Source: Candidatus Nomurabacteria bacterium (GTDB taxonomy: Bacteria > Patescibacteriota > Minisyncoccia > Phycocordibacterales > UBA9973). Taken from it: 64,000 nt of DNA. The first letter of the stretch is position 1. Each line of letters opens with the position of its first letter. The stretch is from assembly GCA_026395955.1 (NCBI GenBank), contig JAPLXR010000007.1:65957-129956 (forward strand), read 5' to 3'. Made by a program: the position numbers and the translations under genes. Below, piece by piece: positions 45,166-54,517 of this stretch. The notes beneath the pieces were generated by a model, which was given only the letters and a program-made list of their open reading frames with translations, ran no database searches and was not told where the DNA came from.

Positions 45166-45693
45166 ATGGATTTTAGTTATACTTTAAAAATGAATAGGCG
45201 GACGCGCGGAGTGCGGATCAGTGTCGACGCGGGTGGAGAGGTGGTGGTGACTAGGTCACCTAGGATTTCCGTCGCACAAGTGGAAAGCCTCGTCGCAAAA
45301 AGGGCAGACTGGATACGAGAGAAGATAACAGAGATGGAAAAACGGCCAAAGAAAATACTCGCTCATTTTAGCGTAAAAGAATATAAAGAATTTAAAGAAA
45401 AAGCTCGAGAGCAGGTGGCAGAGAGGATACAAGTATTGAATCAAAAATATAAATTTGAAATAGGGAACATAGCTATACGAAATCAAAAGACGAGGTGGGG
45501 AAGTTGTAGTGGGAAAAAGAATTTGAATTTTAATTACAAAATATTTTTCTTGCCACCAGAACTCACCGACTATATCATCGTGCACGAGCTATGTCATTTG
45601 CGAGAGATGAATCATTCCAAAAGGTTTTGGGACTTGGTAGCTATACAAGTGCCGAATCATAAAGAATGTCGAAAGCAAATACAATTATATTAA
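45166..45693 (+). CDS. YgjP/M48-like metallopeptidase domain protein
   Basis: RWGSCS, YIIVHELCHL..NHS..FW. Confidence 0.9.
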   Translation: MDFSYTLKMNRRTRGVRISVDAGGEVVVTRSPRISVAQVESLVAKRADWIREKITEMEKRPKKILAHFSVKEYKEFKEKAREQVAERIQVLNQKYKFEIGNIAIRNQKTRWGSCSGKKNLNFNYKIFFLPPELTDYIIVHELCHLREMNHSKRFWDLVAIQVPNHKECRKQIQLY

Positions 45694-45710
45694 TATGATA
45701 AAATAAAATT

Positions 45711-46190
45711 ATGAATACACATACACATCCGATAGTGGGGCATATACATCTAACAGTTTCTGACCTTGATCGAGCACTTTTGTTTTATAGAGACTTGCTC
45801 GGTTTTGAAGTTTCTGCGCGTTATGGAGATAGTGCAGTTTTTCTCTCTAGTGGTGGGTATCATCACCATATCGGATTAAATACTTGGGCAGGCAAGGGTG
45901 CAACGCCAGCACCTATGGGACACACTGGTATGTATCATGTCGCATTTTTGTATCCGACGAGGAAAGCTCTCGCTATTGTTTTGAAAAAATTAATCGACGC
46001 AGGATATCCACTCGAAGGTTCTGCTGATCATGGAGTCTCCGAAGCAATATATTTACGTGACCCAGACAACAACGGAGTCGAGATTTATGTCGATCGTCCG
46101 AAAGAAACTTGGAAAGTTTCAAATGATGGGATGGTAGAAATGGTAACAGAAGTTTTAAACATCGAAGACTTGCTAAAAGAGCTTGCATAA
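45711..46190 (+). CDS. VOC/glyoxalase family protein
   Basis: GHIHL.V.DL, GGYHHHIGLNTW, DHGVSEAIYL.DPD.NG.E. Confidence 0.92.
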   Translation: MNTHTHPIVGHIHLTVSDLDRALLFYRDLLGFEVSARYGDSAVFLSSGGYHHHIGLNTWAGKGATPAPMGHTGMYHVAFLYPTRKALAIVLKKLIDAGYPLEGSADHGVSEAIYLRDPDNNGVEIYVDRPKETWKVSNDGMVEMVTEVLNIEDLLKELA

Positions 46191-46278
46191 ATTTTTTTTG
46201 TGATATAATAAATATATTATAAGTAATTAGATATCGTTATACTTTCTTTCGACACTGTATAATAATATCAAGAACCAG

Positions 46279-46344
46279 ATGGCAAAAGGAGATACGCATC
46301 AGCACAGAGAAAAAAAGAAACCAAAAAAAGTGAAAGCTAAATAG
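46279..46344 (+). CDS. 21-aa basic small protein MAKGDTHQHREKKKPKKVKAK
   Basis: Own extended -10 (TGaTATAAT, 46201) and terminator (46357-46390); below the ORF-track cutoff. Confidence 0.6.
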   Translation: MAKGDTHQHREKKKPKKVKAK

Positions 46345-46392
46345 TTTCTTTTGAAAACAATCCTAGTGAAGAACTAGGATTGTTTTTTTTGT

Positions 46393-46432
46393 AAGCACCC
46401 CCTCTGAATCTCCCACCTTAGCAAGGGGGAGA
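46393..46432. repeat. REP-like element related to the argS insertion
   Basis: aagcaccccctc and ccttagc-aagggggag shared with 34326-34374. Confidence 0.65.
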
Positions 46433-46511
46433 ACTTTCTTCCTTTTGACAAATCTCTTTATTTTTGCTATAGTATTTACAGAATAAATATGTAAATTAAA
46501 ATAAATATAAA

Positions 46512-47252
46512 ATGAGTAAACAGTCAAAAGCAAACAGAAAGTTTGAAAGATTTTTAATGGGGCCTCGGGCATCTGAATCTGAACAAATGAGCTCAGAACA
46601 ATCACTAGCTTTAACAAAGGCCTTTGTGTTTGAAAAAATAGCTTCAAAATTATTGTATGAAGGGTTTGATTATGTTAATGAAAAAATAATCAAGAAAAAT
46701 TATGAACGATTTGGTTTGGTACCGCCAAAAGTAAAGAGAATAGAAGAGAGCTTGCAACAAGTTTCTTTTCAAAAATGGTTTGATGGAGATATTTGTCTAA
46801 CTATTCACACTTCTTTTAATCCAACTCTTGGCACTTATGGGTATGGTGAGTTCACTAAACGTGGTACTGCCTGGGTAGTTATTTCAAAAGGAGTTACTGA
46901 AGGTATTTACTTTCAACAAGTAAAGCGTCATGTACTTACTAAACAGTTTGCAGATCGATTGATCAAAGCAACATTATTTATGCAAAACAGATTGAATTAT
47001 CGACCTGTTGTACCTGGGACTAGTGTACTTTTTGAAATTCAGCAAACATTTACTGAAACAAAATATGTGTCCCCGTTAGATAAAAAAGTAACCCATTATT
47101 TTTTAAATGGAGAAATTCCTGATGAATTAAGAAGTTATGCTGCAACTTTATCATATCGGATTAAATACTATCAAAAAAATCGTAAGAAAAATGGCATAAA
47201 AAAACGTGCTAAAGATTTACGTAAAAAATGGTTAATTAAAAATGCTGCTTAG
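46512..47252 (+). CDS. Hypothetical basic protein
   Basis: 246-aa ORF with own TTGACA promoter and terminator (47260-47287). Confidence 0.65.
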   Translation: MSKQSKANRKFERFLMGPRASESEQMSSEQSLALTKAFVFEKIASKLLYEGFDYVNEKIIKKNYERFGLVPPKVKRIEESLQQVSFQKWFDGDICLTIHTSFNPTLGTYGYGEFTKRGTAWVVISKGVTEGIYFQQVKRHVLTKQFADRLIKATLFMQNRLNYRPVVPGTSVLFEIQQTFTETKYVSPLDKKVTHYFLNGEIPDELRSYAATLSYRIKYYQKNRKKNGIKKRAKDLRKKWLIKNAA

Positions 47253-47325
47253 GCAGTACACGCATGGAGAAATCCATGCGTTTTTTATTTGTCTTTTTTG
47301 TTATTTTTGTGTATAGTATTCATAT

Positions 47326-47480
47326 AAGTGTTGAAGGGGATATCACCCTGGAGCTTTGGGAAGAAACCTATAAAAAGGAAGTAGAACCCATTAAATGAGA
47401 AGTAAACAAGGTGGTACCACGAGAAACTCGTCCTTGTATAGTAACTATATGTTGCTGTACGCGGACGAGTTTTTTATTTT
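47326..47480 (+). promoter_or_regulatory. T-box riboswitch (Ile, AUC specifier, ultrashort stem I) with terminator
   Basis: AAGGTGGTACCACG T-box at 47408; ggg-gatATCa-ccc stem I; GAA/AGTA stem II; terminator aaactcgtcc..ggacgagtttttt; upstream of ileS. Confidence 0.88.
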
Positions 47481-47489
47481 TTAACAGCC

Positions 47490-47592
47490 GCTGAATGTTT
47501 CATTTTCCGGGTACGAAAATTTCTTGACTTGAAATTTTCTGAAGTTTGCGAGCCGTCGCTCGCAAAACCCCCTACAAATTAAAACATTCAGC
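47490..47592. repeat. Branched palindromic element between the T-box and ileS
   Basis: Outer gctgaatgttt/aaacattcagc; inner gaaaatttc/gaaattttc and tttgcgagc/gctcgcaaa. Confidence 0.6.
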
Positions 47593-47606
47593 TAATATAT
47601 ATAATT

Positions 47607-50600
47607 ATGGAAGAAAAAAATAACACAAATAAATCAGAAGTAGCACTTCGCGAAGAAATAGTTTTAGAATTTTGGAAAGAAAACAAAATTTTTGAACAAA
47701 CAATAAATAAAAAAGAAAATCCAAAAGGCGATTATATATTTTTTGATGGTCCACCGACTGCAAATGGTATGCCTGGACTTCATCATATGGAAGCTCAATC
47801 TTTCAAAGATGTTATGCCTCGCTATAAAACGATGCAAGGTTTTCGTGTTCCTAGAAAAGCCGGATGGGACACACATGGTCTTCCTGTAGAATTACAAGTT
47901 GAAAAAGCACTCGGCTTAAAATCAAAAAAAGAAATTGAACAATACGGAGTAGAAGCTTTTAATCAAAAGTGTAAAGAAAGTGTTTGGAAATACAGAGATG
48001 AATGGATAAAACTACGTCAACGTATGGGTTATTGGGTTGATATGGATAATGCTTATGTAACATATAAAAATGATTATATCGAAGCGTTGTGGTCAGTTGT
48101 ATCAAAAGCAAATGATCGCGGACATTTATATAAAGATTTTAAAGTCCTTCCATGGTGTACACGTTGCGGAACCGCACTTTCAAGTCATGAACTTTCTCAG
48201 CCTGGTGCATATAAAGATGTGAAAGATCTTTCCGTGTATGTGAAATTTAAAATAAAAGGTTTTGAAAATGGATACTTTTTAGCTTGGACGACGACACCTT
48301 GGACTTTGCCTGGGAACGTCGGACTCGCTGTCGGTAATGATTTTATATACGTTGAGGCAAAAGTCGGTAATGATATTTTAGTTGTTGCAAAAGAAAGATT
48401 AGAAATAATTACTGAACCATATGAAATAATAGCAGAACATAAAGGTAGTGAAATGATCGGTATGGAATACGAACCGCTCTTTCCATATTTGAAAAATAAT
48501 ATCGAAAGTGAAGTGCCGACACAAATAGAAAATCTAAAAAATGCATTTAAAATTTACGGTGCAGATTTCGTGACAACGATAGATGGTACAGGGATAGTGC
48601 ATACAGCGGTAATGTATGGAGCGGACGACTTTGACCTCGGTACAAAAGTTAATTTACCTAAATATCATACAGTAAACGAAGAGGGAAGATTTGTCGCAGG
48701 AACCGATTTCCTCGAAGGACGATATGTGAAAGAAGTAGATGAGAATGGTAAGCCCACACTCGCTGTAGATATAATAGATAATCTAACTAGTCGTGGACTT
48801 TTGTTTAAAAAAGAAAATCACATGCACAGTTATCCGCATTGTTGGCGTTGTGATACACCTCTCATTTATTATGCGAGAACTTCTTGGTATTTCCGTATGA
48901 GTGCACTTCGTGATCAACTCCTAGCAGGAAATGAAAATATAAATTGGGAACCAAAACATATAAAAGAAGGACGTTTTGGCGAATGGCTCGATGGTATCAA
49001 GGACTGGGCTATTTCTCGTGATCGTTATTGGGGAACGCCGTTACCTATCTGGCAGAAAGCTGATGGAAGTTATAAAACTATTTCATCTCTTTCAGATTTG
49101 AAAAAATATACAAAGAAATCTGGAAATAAATATTTCATAATGCGTCACGGCGAGACAGAAGCAAATAAAAAAGGAATCATTTGTTCACTGCCTTCTGGTA
49201 AATGGCATCTAGATGAAGATGGAAAGAGACAAGTAAATGAAACAGCTGAAAAATATAAAGATCAAAAAATTGATTTGATTTTCACTTCAGATTTTACTCG
49301 TACACAAGAAACCGCAGAAATAATGGCTGACAAACTCGGATTGAAATCTGAACAAGTTATCATAGATCAGAGGCTTCGTGAAATAGGTGCTTATTCTTTT
49401 GATGGAAAAGGTTGGGACGAATATCATGCATTTCATACAAAGACAGTTGAGAATTTCAACAGACGTGTGAATGATGATGAATCATATGAAGATGTAAAAA
49501 TTCGCATCACTTCTTTCCTTTATGAAATAGAAGAAAAATACCAAGGTAAAAATATTTTATTTGTAACTCATGGTGGACCTGCATGGTTGCTCTTTGCTGG
49601 GGCAGAAGGAAAGTCTCCGAAAGAAACACTAGATATGATAATAGATAAAAAAGATTATCATTATTTCCAAAATGCAGAAATAAAAGAATTAAACTTTACT
49701 CCATTACCACATAATAAAAATTATGAATTAGATTTTCATAAACCATATATCGATGAAGTTGCATTAGAAGATAATGGCGAAACGCTTACTCGTACATCAG
49801 AGGTGATGGATGTGTGGTTCGATTCTGGTGCGATGCCTTATGCCCAAGACCATATACTAGGAGAAGAAGTGGACTTTACTCCAGCAAGGGCTGACTTTAT
49901 TTCTGAAGGGCTCGACCAGACTCGTGGTTGGTTTTATACTTTGCACGCAGTTTCAAATTTACTTTCAGATAAACCAAGTAATGCGTACAACAATGTCATC
50001 TGCCTCGGACTTATCCTCGATGCAAATGGTCAAAAAATGTCAAAGTCTCGTGGTAACGTCGTTGATCCATGGATGATGTTTGAAAAATATGGAGCAGACA
50101 CTATTCGTCTCTGGATGTATTCTGTGAATCAGCCAGGGGAGTCAAAGAATTTCGATGAGCGAACAGTGATGGAACTTCATAGGCAAGTTTTCGGACTTCT
50201 ATATAACGTAGTTTCTTTTTATGAATTGTATAGAGATAAAAATTTAGAAAATGAAACACCAGAAGAGAGTCAAAATGTACTAGATATTTGGATTCTTGCA
50301 AGACTAAATGAATTAACAAAAAATGTTACAGAAAATTTGAATGGCTATAAAACACTCGAACCAGTGCGTGCTATTCGTGATTTCATCGATGATTTATCTA
50401 CATGGTATCTACGTCGTTCACGTGAGAGAATCAAAGAAGGATCTTTCATTTCAAAGATTACTTTGTATTATGTTTTAAAAAACCTAACGAAGCTTATGGC
50501 GCCATTTGCACCATTTGCTAGTGAAGATATTTATCGAAAATTAAGAAATGAAAATGAGCCAGAATCTGTGCACCTTTGTGATTGGCCTAAATATACTGAA

Positions 50601-51089
50601 ATAAATAATAAAGTTATAGAAGAAATGCAAAGTGTTAGAAATAATGTTTCTCTAGGCTTGAAAGATCGTCAGAAAGCAGGTCTCCCTGTGCGTCAGCCAT
50701 TGTCTGAGTTAAAAATAAAAGGAGCAAAACTTGGCGAGGAATACATTGAACTTATTAAAGATGAAGTAAATATAAAATCAGTAATTTTCGATGAAAGTAT
50801 TGAAATGGAAACAATCTTGAATACAGAAATAACTCCAGAATTAAAAGAAGAAGGGAACTATCGTGAACTCGTTCGTGCTATTCAAGACATGCGTAAAAAA
50901 GCAGGACTTACTCCTTCAGATATTATTTCTCTTTCTATAGAAACTGATGAAATAGGAAAATCTCTAGTTCAAAAATTCGAAGCTGATTTCAAGAAAACTA
51001 TTCTAATAAATGAAGTAAAATTTGAAAATAATTCAGGTGAGGAAATAAAAGTAGATGCTTTAAACTTTAAAGTTAGCATCATTAAGTAA
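47607..51089 (+). CDS. ileS: Isoleucine--tRNA ligase (type 2-like) with inserted histidine-phosphatase domain
   Basis: DGPPTANG, GWDTHGLP, WTTTPWTLP, DWAISRDRYWGTPLP, KMSKS; internal RHGE...THGG domain. Confidence 0.95.
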   Translation: MEEKNNTNKSEVALREEIVLEFWKENKIFEQTINKKENPKGDYIFFDGPPTANGMPGLHHMEAQSFKDVMPRYKTMQGFRVPRKAGWDTHGLPVELQVEKALGLKSKKEIEQYGVEAFNQKCKESVWKYRDEWIKLRQRMGYWVDMDNAYVTYKNDYIEALWSVVSKANDRGHLYKDFKVLPWCTRCGTALSSHELSQPGAYKDVKDLSVYVKFKIKGFENGYFLAWTTTPWTLPGNVGLAVGNDFIYVEAKVGNDILVVAKERLEIITEPYEIIAEHKGSEMIGMEYEPLFPYLKNNIESEVPTQIENLKNAFKIYGADFVTTIDGTGIVHTAVMYGADDFDLGTKVNLPKYHTVNEEGRFVAGTDFLEGRYVKEVDENGKPTLAVDIIDNLTSRGLLFKKENHMHSYPHCWRCDTPLIYYARTSWYFRMSALRDQLLAGNENINWEPKHIKEGRFGEWLDGIKDWAISRDRYWGTPLPIWQKADGSYKTISSLSDLKKYTKKSGNKYFIMRHGETEANKKGIICSLPSGKWHLDEDGKRQVNETAEKYKDQKIDLIFTSDFTRTQETAEIMADKLGLKSEQVIIDQRLREIGAYSFDGKGWDEYHAFHTKTVENFNRRVNDDESYEDVKIRITSFLYEIEEKYQGKNILFVTHGGPAWLLFAGAEGKSPKETLDMIIDKKDYHYFQNAEIKELNFTPLPHNKNYELDFHKPYIDEVALEDNGETLTRTSEVMDVWFDSGAMPYAQDHILGEEVDFTPARADFISEGLDQTRGWFYTLHAVSNLLSDKPSNAYNNVICLGLILDANGQKMSKSRGNVVDPWMMFEKYGADTIRLWMYSVNQPGESKNFDERTVMELHRQVFGLLYNVVSFYELYRDKNLENETPEESQNVLDIWILARLNELTKNVTENLNGYKTLEPVRAIRDFIDDLSTWYLRRSRERIKEGSFISKITLYYVLKNLTKLMAPFAPFASEDIYRKLRNENEPESVHLCDWPKYTEINNKVIEEMQSVRNNVSLGLKDRQKAGLPVRQPLSELKIKGAKLGEEYIELIKDEVNIKSVIFDESIEMETILNTEITPELKEEGNYRELVRAIQDMRKKAGLTPSDIISLSIETDEIGKSLVQKFEADFKKTILINEVKFENNSGEEIKVDALNFKVSIIK

Positions 51090-51193
51090 TTGACTTTTTA
51101 CTTAAAACTGTTATATTTTATATTAATTAAATAATTCACTCAATATAAACCGAAATGAGTGGATTTTCCGCTCTTTCATAAAAAATAAATATA

Positions 51194-51862
51194 ATGGAAA
51201 AAGAAAAAATAGACATAAGAAAATTTTTAGCAGATTTAGATTCTAAATCAGAAATGTCAAAGACTGATTACACGGCAAGTGAAATTTGGGTAAAAACTTT
51301 CCAACTACATATGCCTTACTTTGAAGCTATTTCGGAAGGTATTTCTAACTTAGATTCATTTGATTATTCGCAAACTTATTCGCTCTTGAGTTTTATTAAA
51401 GAATTGAACTATCAGTATGATATAGGCTTTCAAAAAAAGTTAGTTAAGTTTATTGAAACATGTGTTGAAACTGAAGAGAATTGGAAAAAACGATTAATAA
51501 TTATCAATTTCATTTTATCTGATAGTAAAAAACATTTGAAATGGGATTATATAAAAACATCGAGCCCGATTCTTTCTAAAAAAATCCCAATAAGGATGCT
51601 TGAACTCAAATTTATGTATAAGCAGGATGAAGCACTGGAAGATGTGTCATCTATGTTTCGTTCATTTGTTGATAAAAAATCTGAAGAGTCTGTGGTAGAT
51701 GACTTTTGCATGATTGTTGGTAAAGTAAGTGATGTTATGGATAAAAGCAATCTAGATAGATTTATATCTATATGGATTTCTTTATTGAAGTCACAAGAAT
51801 TAAAGGAAAGGCTAAAAAGAGTTTATGATAAGGCTTACGAAACACAATGGCCTTTTGATTAA
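51194..51862 (+). CDS. Hypothetical protein
   Basis: 222-aa helical-looking ORF with own TTGACT promoter. Confidence 0.6.
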   Translation: MEKEKIDIRKFLADLDSKSEMSKTDYTASEIWVKTFQLHMPYFEAISEGISNLDSFDYSQTYSLLSFIKELNYQYDIGFQKKLVKFIETCVETEENWKKRLIIINFILSDSKKHLKWDYIKTSSPILSKKIPIRMLELKFMYKQDEALEDVSSMFRSFVDKKSEESVVDDFCMIVGKVSDVMDKSNLDRFISIWISLLKSQELKERLKRVYDKAYETQWPFD

Positions 51863-51925
51863 ATGTATTTAAATTTTTAGAAAACTCATTATGTTTTACA
51901 TAATGAGTTTTTTTATTTTAACTTT

Positions 51926-54100
51926 TTATTCAAAATGCAATTCTAAATGCTTTTTAGAGAGCATGGTTTTTAGGAGAGGGTGGTGGATTAGGTCGGGATC
52001 GGTGGTTATGAGATTTGTTGCTTCTAGGCGGGCGGCTTCAACCATTTTAATGTTTTTTATTGCTTCCATACCGAGATCAGTGATGCCCCATTGTTTCGCA
52101 CCACCTAGTTCACCTGCACCACGGAGTGTGAGGTCGAGTTCGGAAAGTTCAAAACCATTTTTAGCAGTTTTGAGGGCGTTGAGTCTATGCATAGTTTTTT
52201 CAGATTTTGCTTCAGCGAAAACATAGCAAAAGGCTTGGTGATTACTACGGATCACACGTCCACGGAGCTGGTGTAATTGGGCTAGTCCAAATCTCTCTGC
52301 CCCTTCGATGATTATTATAGTAGCATTAGGTACATTCACACCGACTTCGATTACAGAAGTAGCTACGAGTATATCGACAGCACCGAGAGTGAATCGCTCC
52401 ATAACTTTTTCCTTTTTTTCTTTTGTCATTTTACTGTGGAGGACATCTATTTCACAGTCTTGGAAAACTTCTTTTTTAAGTCTCTTTGCTTCAGCGACTG
52501 CGGACTTCATTGTGAGAGCGAGTTCTTTTTCAGGATCTGGTTCATCGATACGAGGGCAGATGACATAGAGCTGTCTGCCTTTCACCATTTCTTCTTTTAT
52601 TTTTTTATATGTATCTTCTCTTTTGTCGGGAGTAATTATTTCTGTAATAACTGGTTTTCTACCGGCTGGCATTTCATCGAGCAAACTCAAATCAAGGTCG
52701 CCATAGATAGTGAGAGCGAGTGTGCGGGGAATCGGTGTTGCTGTCATTGAGAGCAGGTGAGGAGCGAAGCCATCTTTACGAACGAGGTTCCTTCTTTGTG
52801 CTGTACCGAAACGGTGTTGCTCATCAATGATAGTGAGAGCGAGATTTTTAAATTTTACAGATTTTTGTATAAGTGCGTGAGTTCCGATAAGTATTGAAAT
52901 TTCACCATTTGCAGTCCATTTCAAAAGTTGAGCTCTGGAAATATTTGTCCATCCGTCAGGGCTGACTTTGGATGGGAATTTCCTGCAACCACTACCAGTA
53001 ATGAGCCCGATGTTAATAGGTAAATGTCTAAAATATTTTATAAATGATTCGAAATGTTGAGTCGCTAAAATTTCTGTCGGTGCCATATAGGCGACTTGGA
53101 GATTACCAAAATTTTGTTTTACGCCGTCCTTGTCTGGCCTTTGAGTAACTGTCGCATATGTCGCAGTCGCAGCTACAGCTGTTTTTCCAGAGCCGACATC
53201 ACCCTCGAGTAAACGAGACATTGGTTGGTCTTTTTTAATGTCTTCTAATATTGTATTGATAGCATCGACTTGGCCTTGAGTAGCTTGGAAAGGGAATCTT
53301 TCTAAGAATTCCTGCACTTTATCTTCGTCAGGAATAACTTTGAAAGATTTATTATTTTTGTATTCTCTTTTGTCTTTTTGTCTTTCGAGCTGGATAAAAA
53401 ATACTTCTTCAAAAGCGAAACGCTTCCTAGCGGAAAGGGAATCGTGTTCATTTTGTGGCGTGTGAATCCAGATGAGTGCAGTTTTTAAGCTAGGTAAATG
53501 ATATTTGTCTAAAATGTCTTTTGGTATGTAGTCGAAAAAACTATCGAGCACACCGCTGTTAAATATTTTTTGTATTGTATGATAAATCCATTTGGAAGTT
53601 ATGCCGCGAGTCTCACGATATACAGGATAAGAAAAACCACTTTGTTCTTTTGTGTCTTTTTTAAATAAAGTATCGTGAGAGTCTATCGGTAGATTTCCAA
53701 TCTTTTCAAATTCTGGATTAGTAAGATATAAACCACTTTTACTTTCTGTGACTTTTCCTGTGAGTTTTATATTTTCACCTTCATGAATCATTTTCGCAAG
53801 GTAAGCTTGGTGAAACCAAATTATTTTTATTCTTCCTGAAAGGTCTTCGATGTATGCTTCACCCATAGGTATCTTTGAACGGAAACCTTTTTTAGTTTTT
53901 AAATTTGTTACTTTTCCATACACTGTAGCTGTTTCACCAGCAGAAAGGTCGTTAATCTGTTTTATTTGAGAGATGTCTGAATAACGAACAGGGAAGTAAA
54001 AGAGTAAGTCAGCAACAGAAAAAAGCCCGAGCTTGTGAAGGGCTTTTTTCTGATTAATATCAAGGCGTGAAATATCCTCTAACTTATCGCCTATATTCAT
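51926..54100 (-). CDS. recG: ATP-dependent DNA helicase RecG
   Basis: GDVGSGKT, MAPTEILA.QH, DEQHRFG, SMTATPIPR, QLHQLRGRV. Confidence 0.97.
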   Translation of the reverse strand: MNIGDKLEDISRLDINQKKALHKLGLFSVADLLFYFPVRYSDISQIKQINDLSAGETATVYGKVTNLKTKKGFRSKIPMGEAYIEDLSGRIKIIWFHQAYLAKMIHEGENIKLTGKVTESKSGLYLTNPEFEKIGNLPIDSHDTLFKKDTKEQSGFSYPVYRETRGITSKWIYHTIQKIFNSGVLDSFFDYIPKDILDKYHLPSLKTALIWIHTPQNEHDSLSARKRFAFEEVFFIQLERQKDKREYKNNKSFKVIPDEDKVQEFLERFPFQATQGQVDAINTILEDIKKDQPMSRLLEGDVGSGKTAVAATATYATVTQRPDKDGVKQNFGNLQVAYMAPTEILATQHFESFIKYFRHLPINIGLITGSGCRKFPSKVSPDGWTNISRAQLLKWTANGEISILIGTHALIQKSVKFKNLALTIIDEQHRFGTAQRRNLVRKDGFAPHLLSMTATPIPRTLALTIYGDLDLSLLDEMPAGRKPVITEIITPDKREDTYKKIKEEMVKGRQLYVICPRIDEPDPEKELALTMKSAVAEAKRLKKEVFQDCEIDVLHSKMTKEKKEKVMERFTLGAVDILVATSVIEVGVNVPNATIIIIEGAERFGLAQLHQLRGRVIRSNHQAFCYVFAEAKSEKTMHRLNALKTAKNGFELSELDLTLRGAGELGGAKQWGITDLGMEAIKNIKMVEAARLEATNLITTDPDLIHHPLLKTMLSKKHLELHFE

Positions 54101-54104
54101 AGAT

Positions 54105-54479
54105 TTAGTTGCCGATTAAGTCTTTGACCTTTTTAGTTAGTTCGTCGAGAGTGAAATTAGACTTTACCATGAATTCACTAATACCGAGTTTTTGTGCACG
54201 AGCAATGTCTTTTTCTTCTGAAAGGTTTGAGAAAACTATTACAGGTACTGTAAGCATTGCTTTGTTTTCACGAATTTTTTCTAGAATCATAAAACCATCA
54301 ACATCAGGGAGCAATAAGTCTAGTAAAATCAAATCAATTTTTTCTCCAGAATCGATAAGTTTGAAAGCTTCTACACTGTTAACTGCTGTTACTATTTCAT
54401 AACCGTCTTTTTTAAGCTTAGTTGCTTCTAAACCTTGGAGGAATAAATCGTCTTCTATTATAAGTATTTTTTTAGCCAT
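54105..54479 (-). CDS. Stand-alone response regulator receiver
   Basis: ILIIEDD, LLDLLLP.VDGF, K in FMVK. Confidence 0.92.
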   Translation of the reverse strand: MAKKILIIEDDLFLQGLEATKLKKDGYEIVTAVNSVEAFKLIDSGEKIDLILLDLLLPDVDGFMILEKIRENKAMLTVPVIVFSNLSEEKDIARAQKLGISEFMVKSNFTLDELTKKVKDLIGN

Positions 54480-54517
54480 AAGTATATTTTACTCCCACTA
54501 GGATTCTTTTGCAAATA

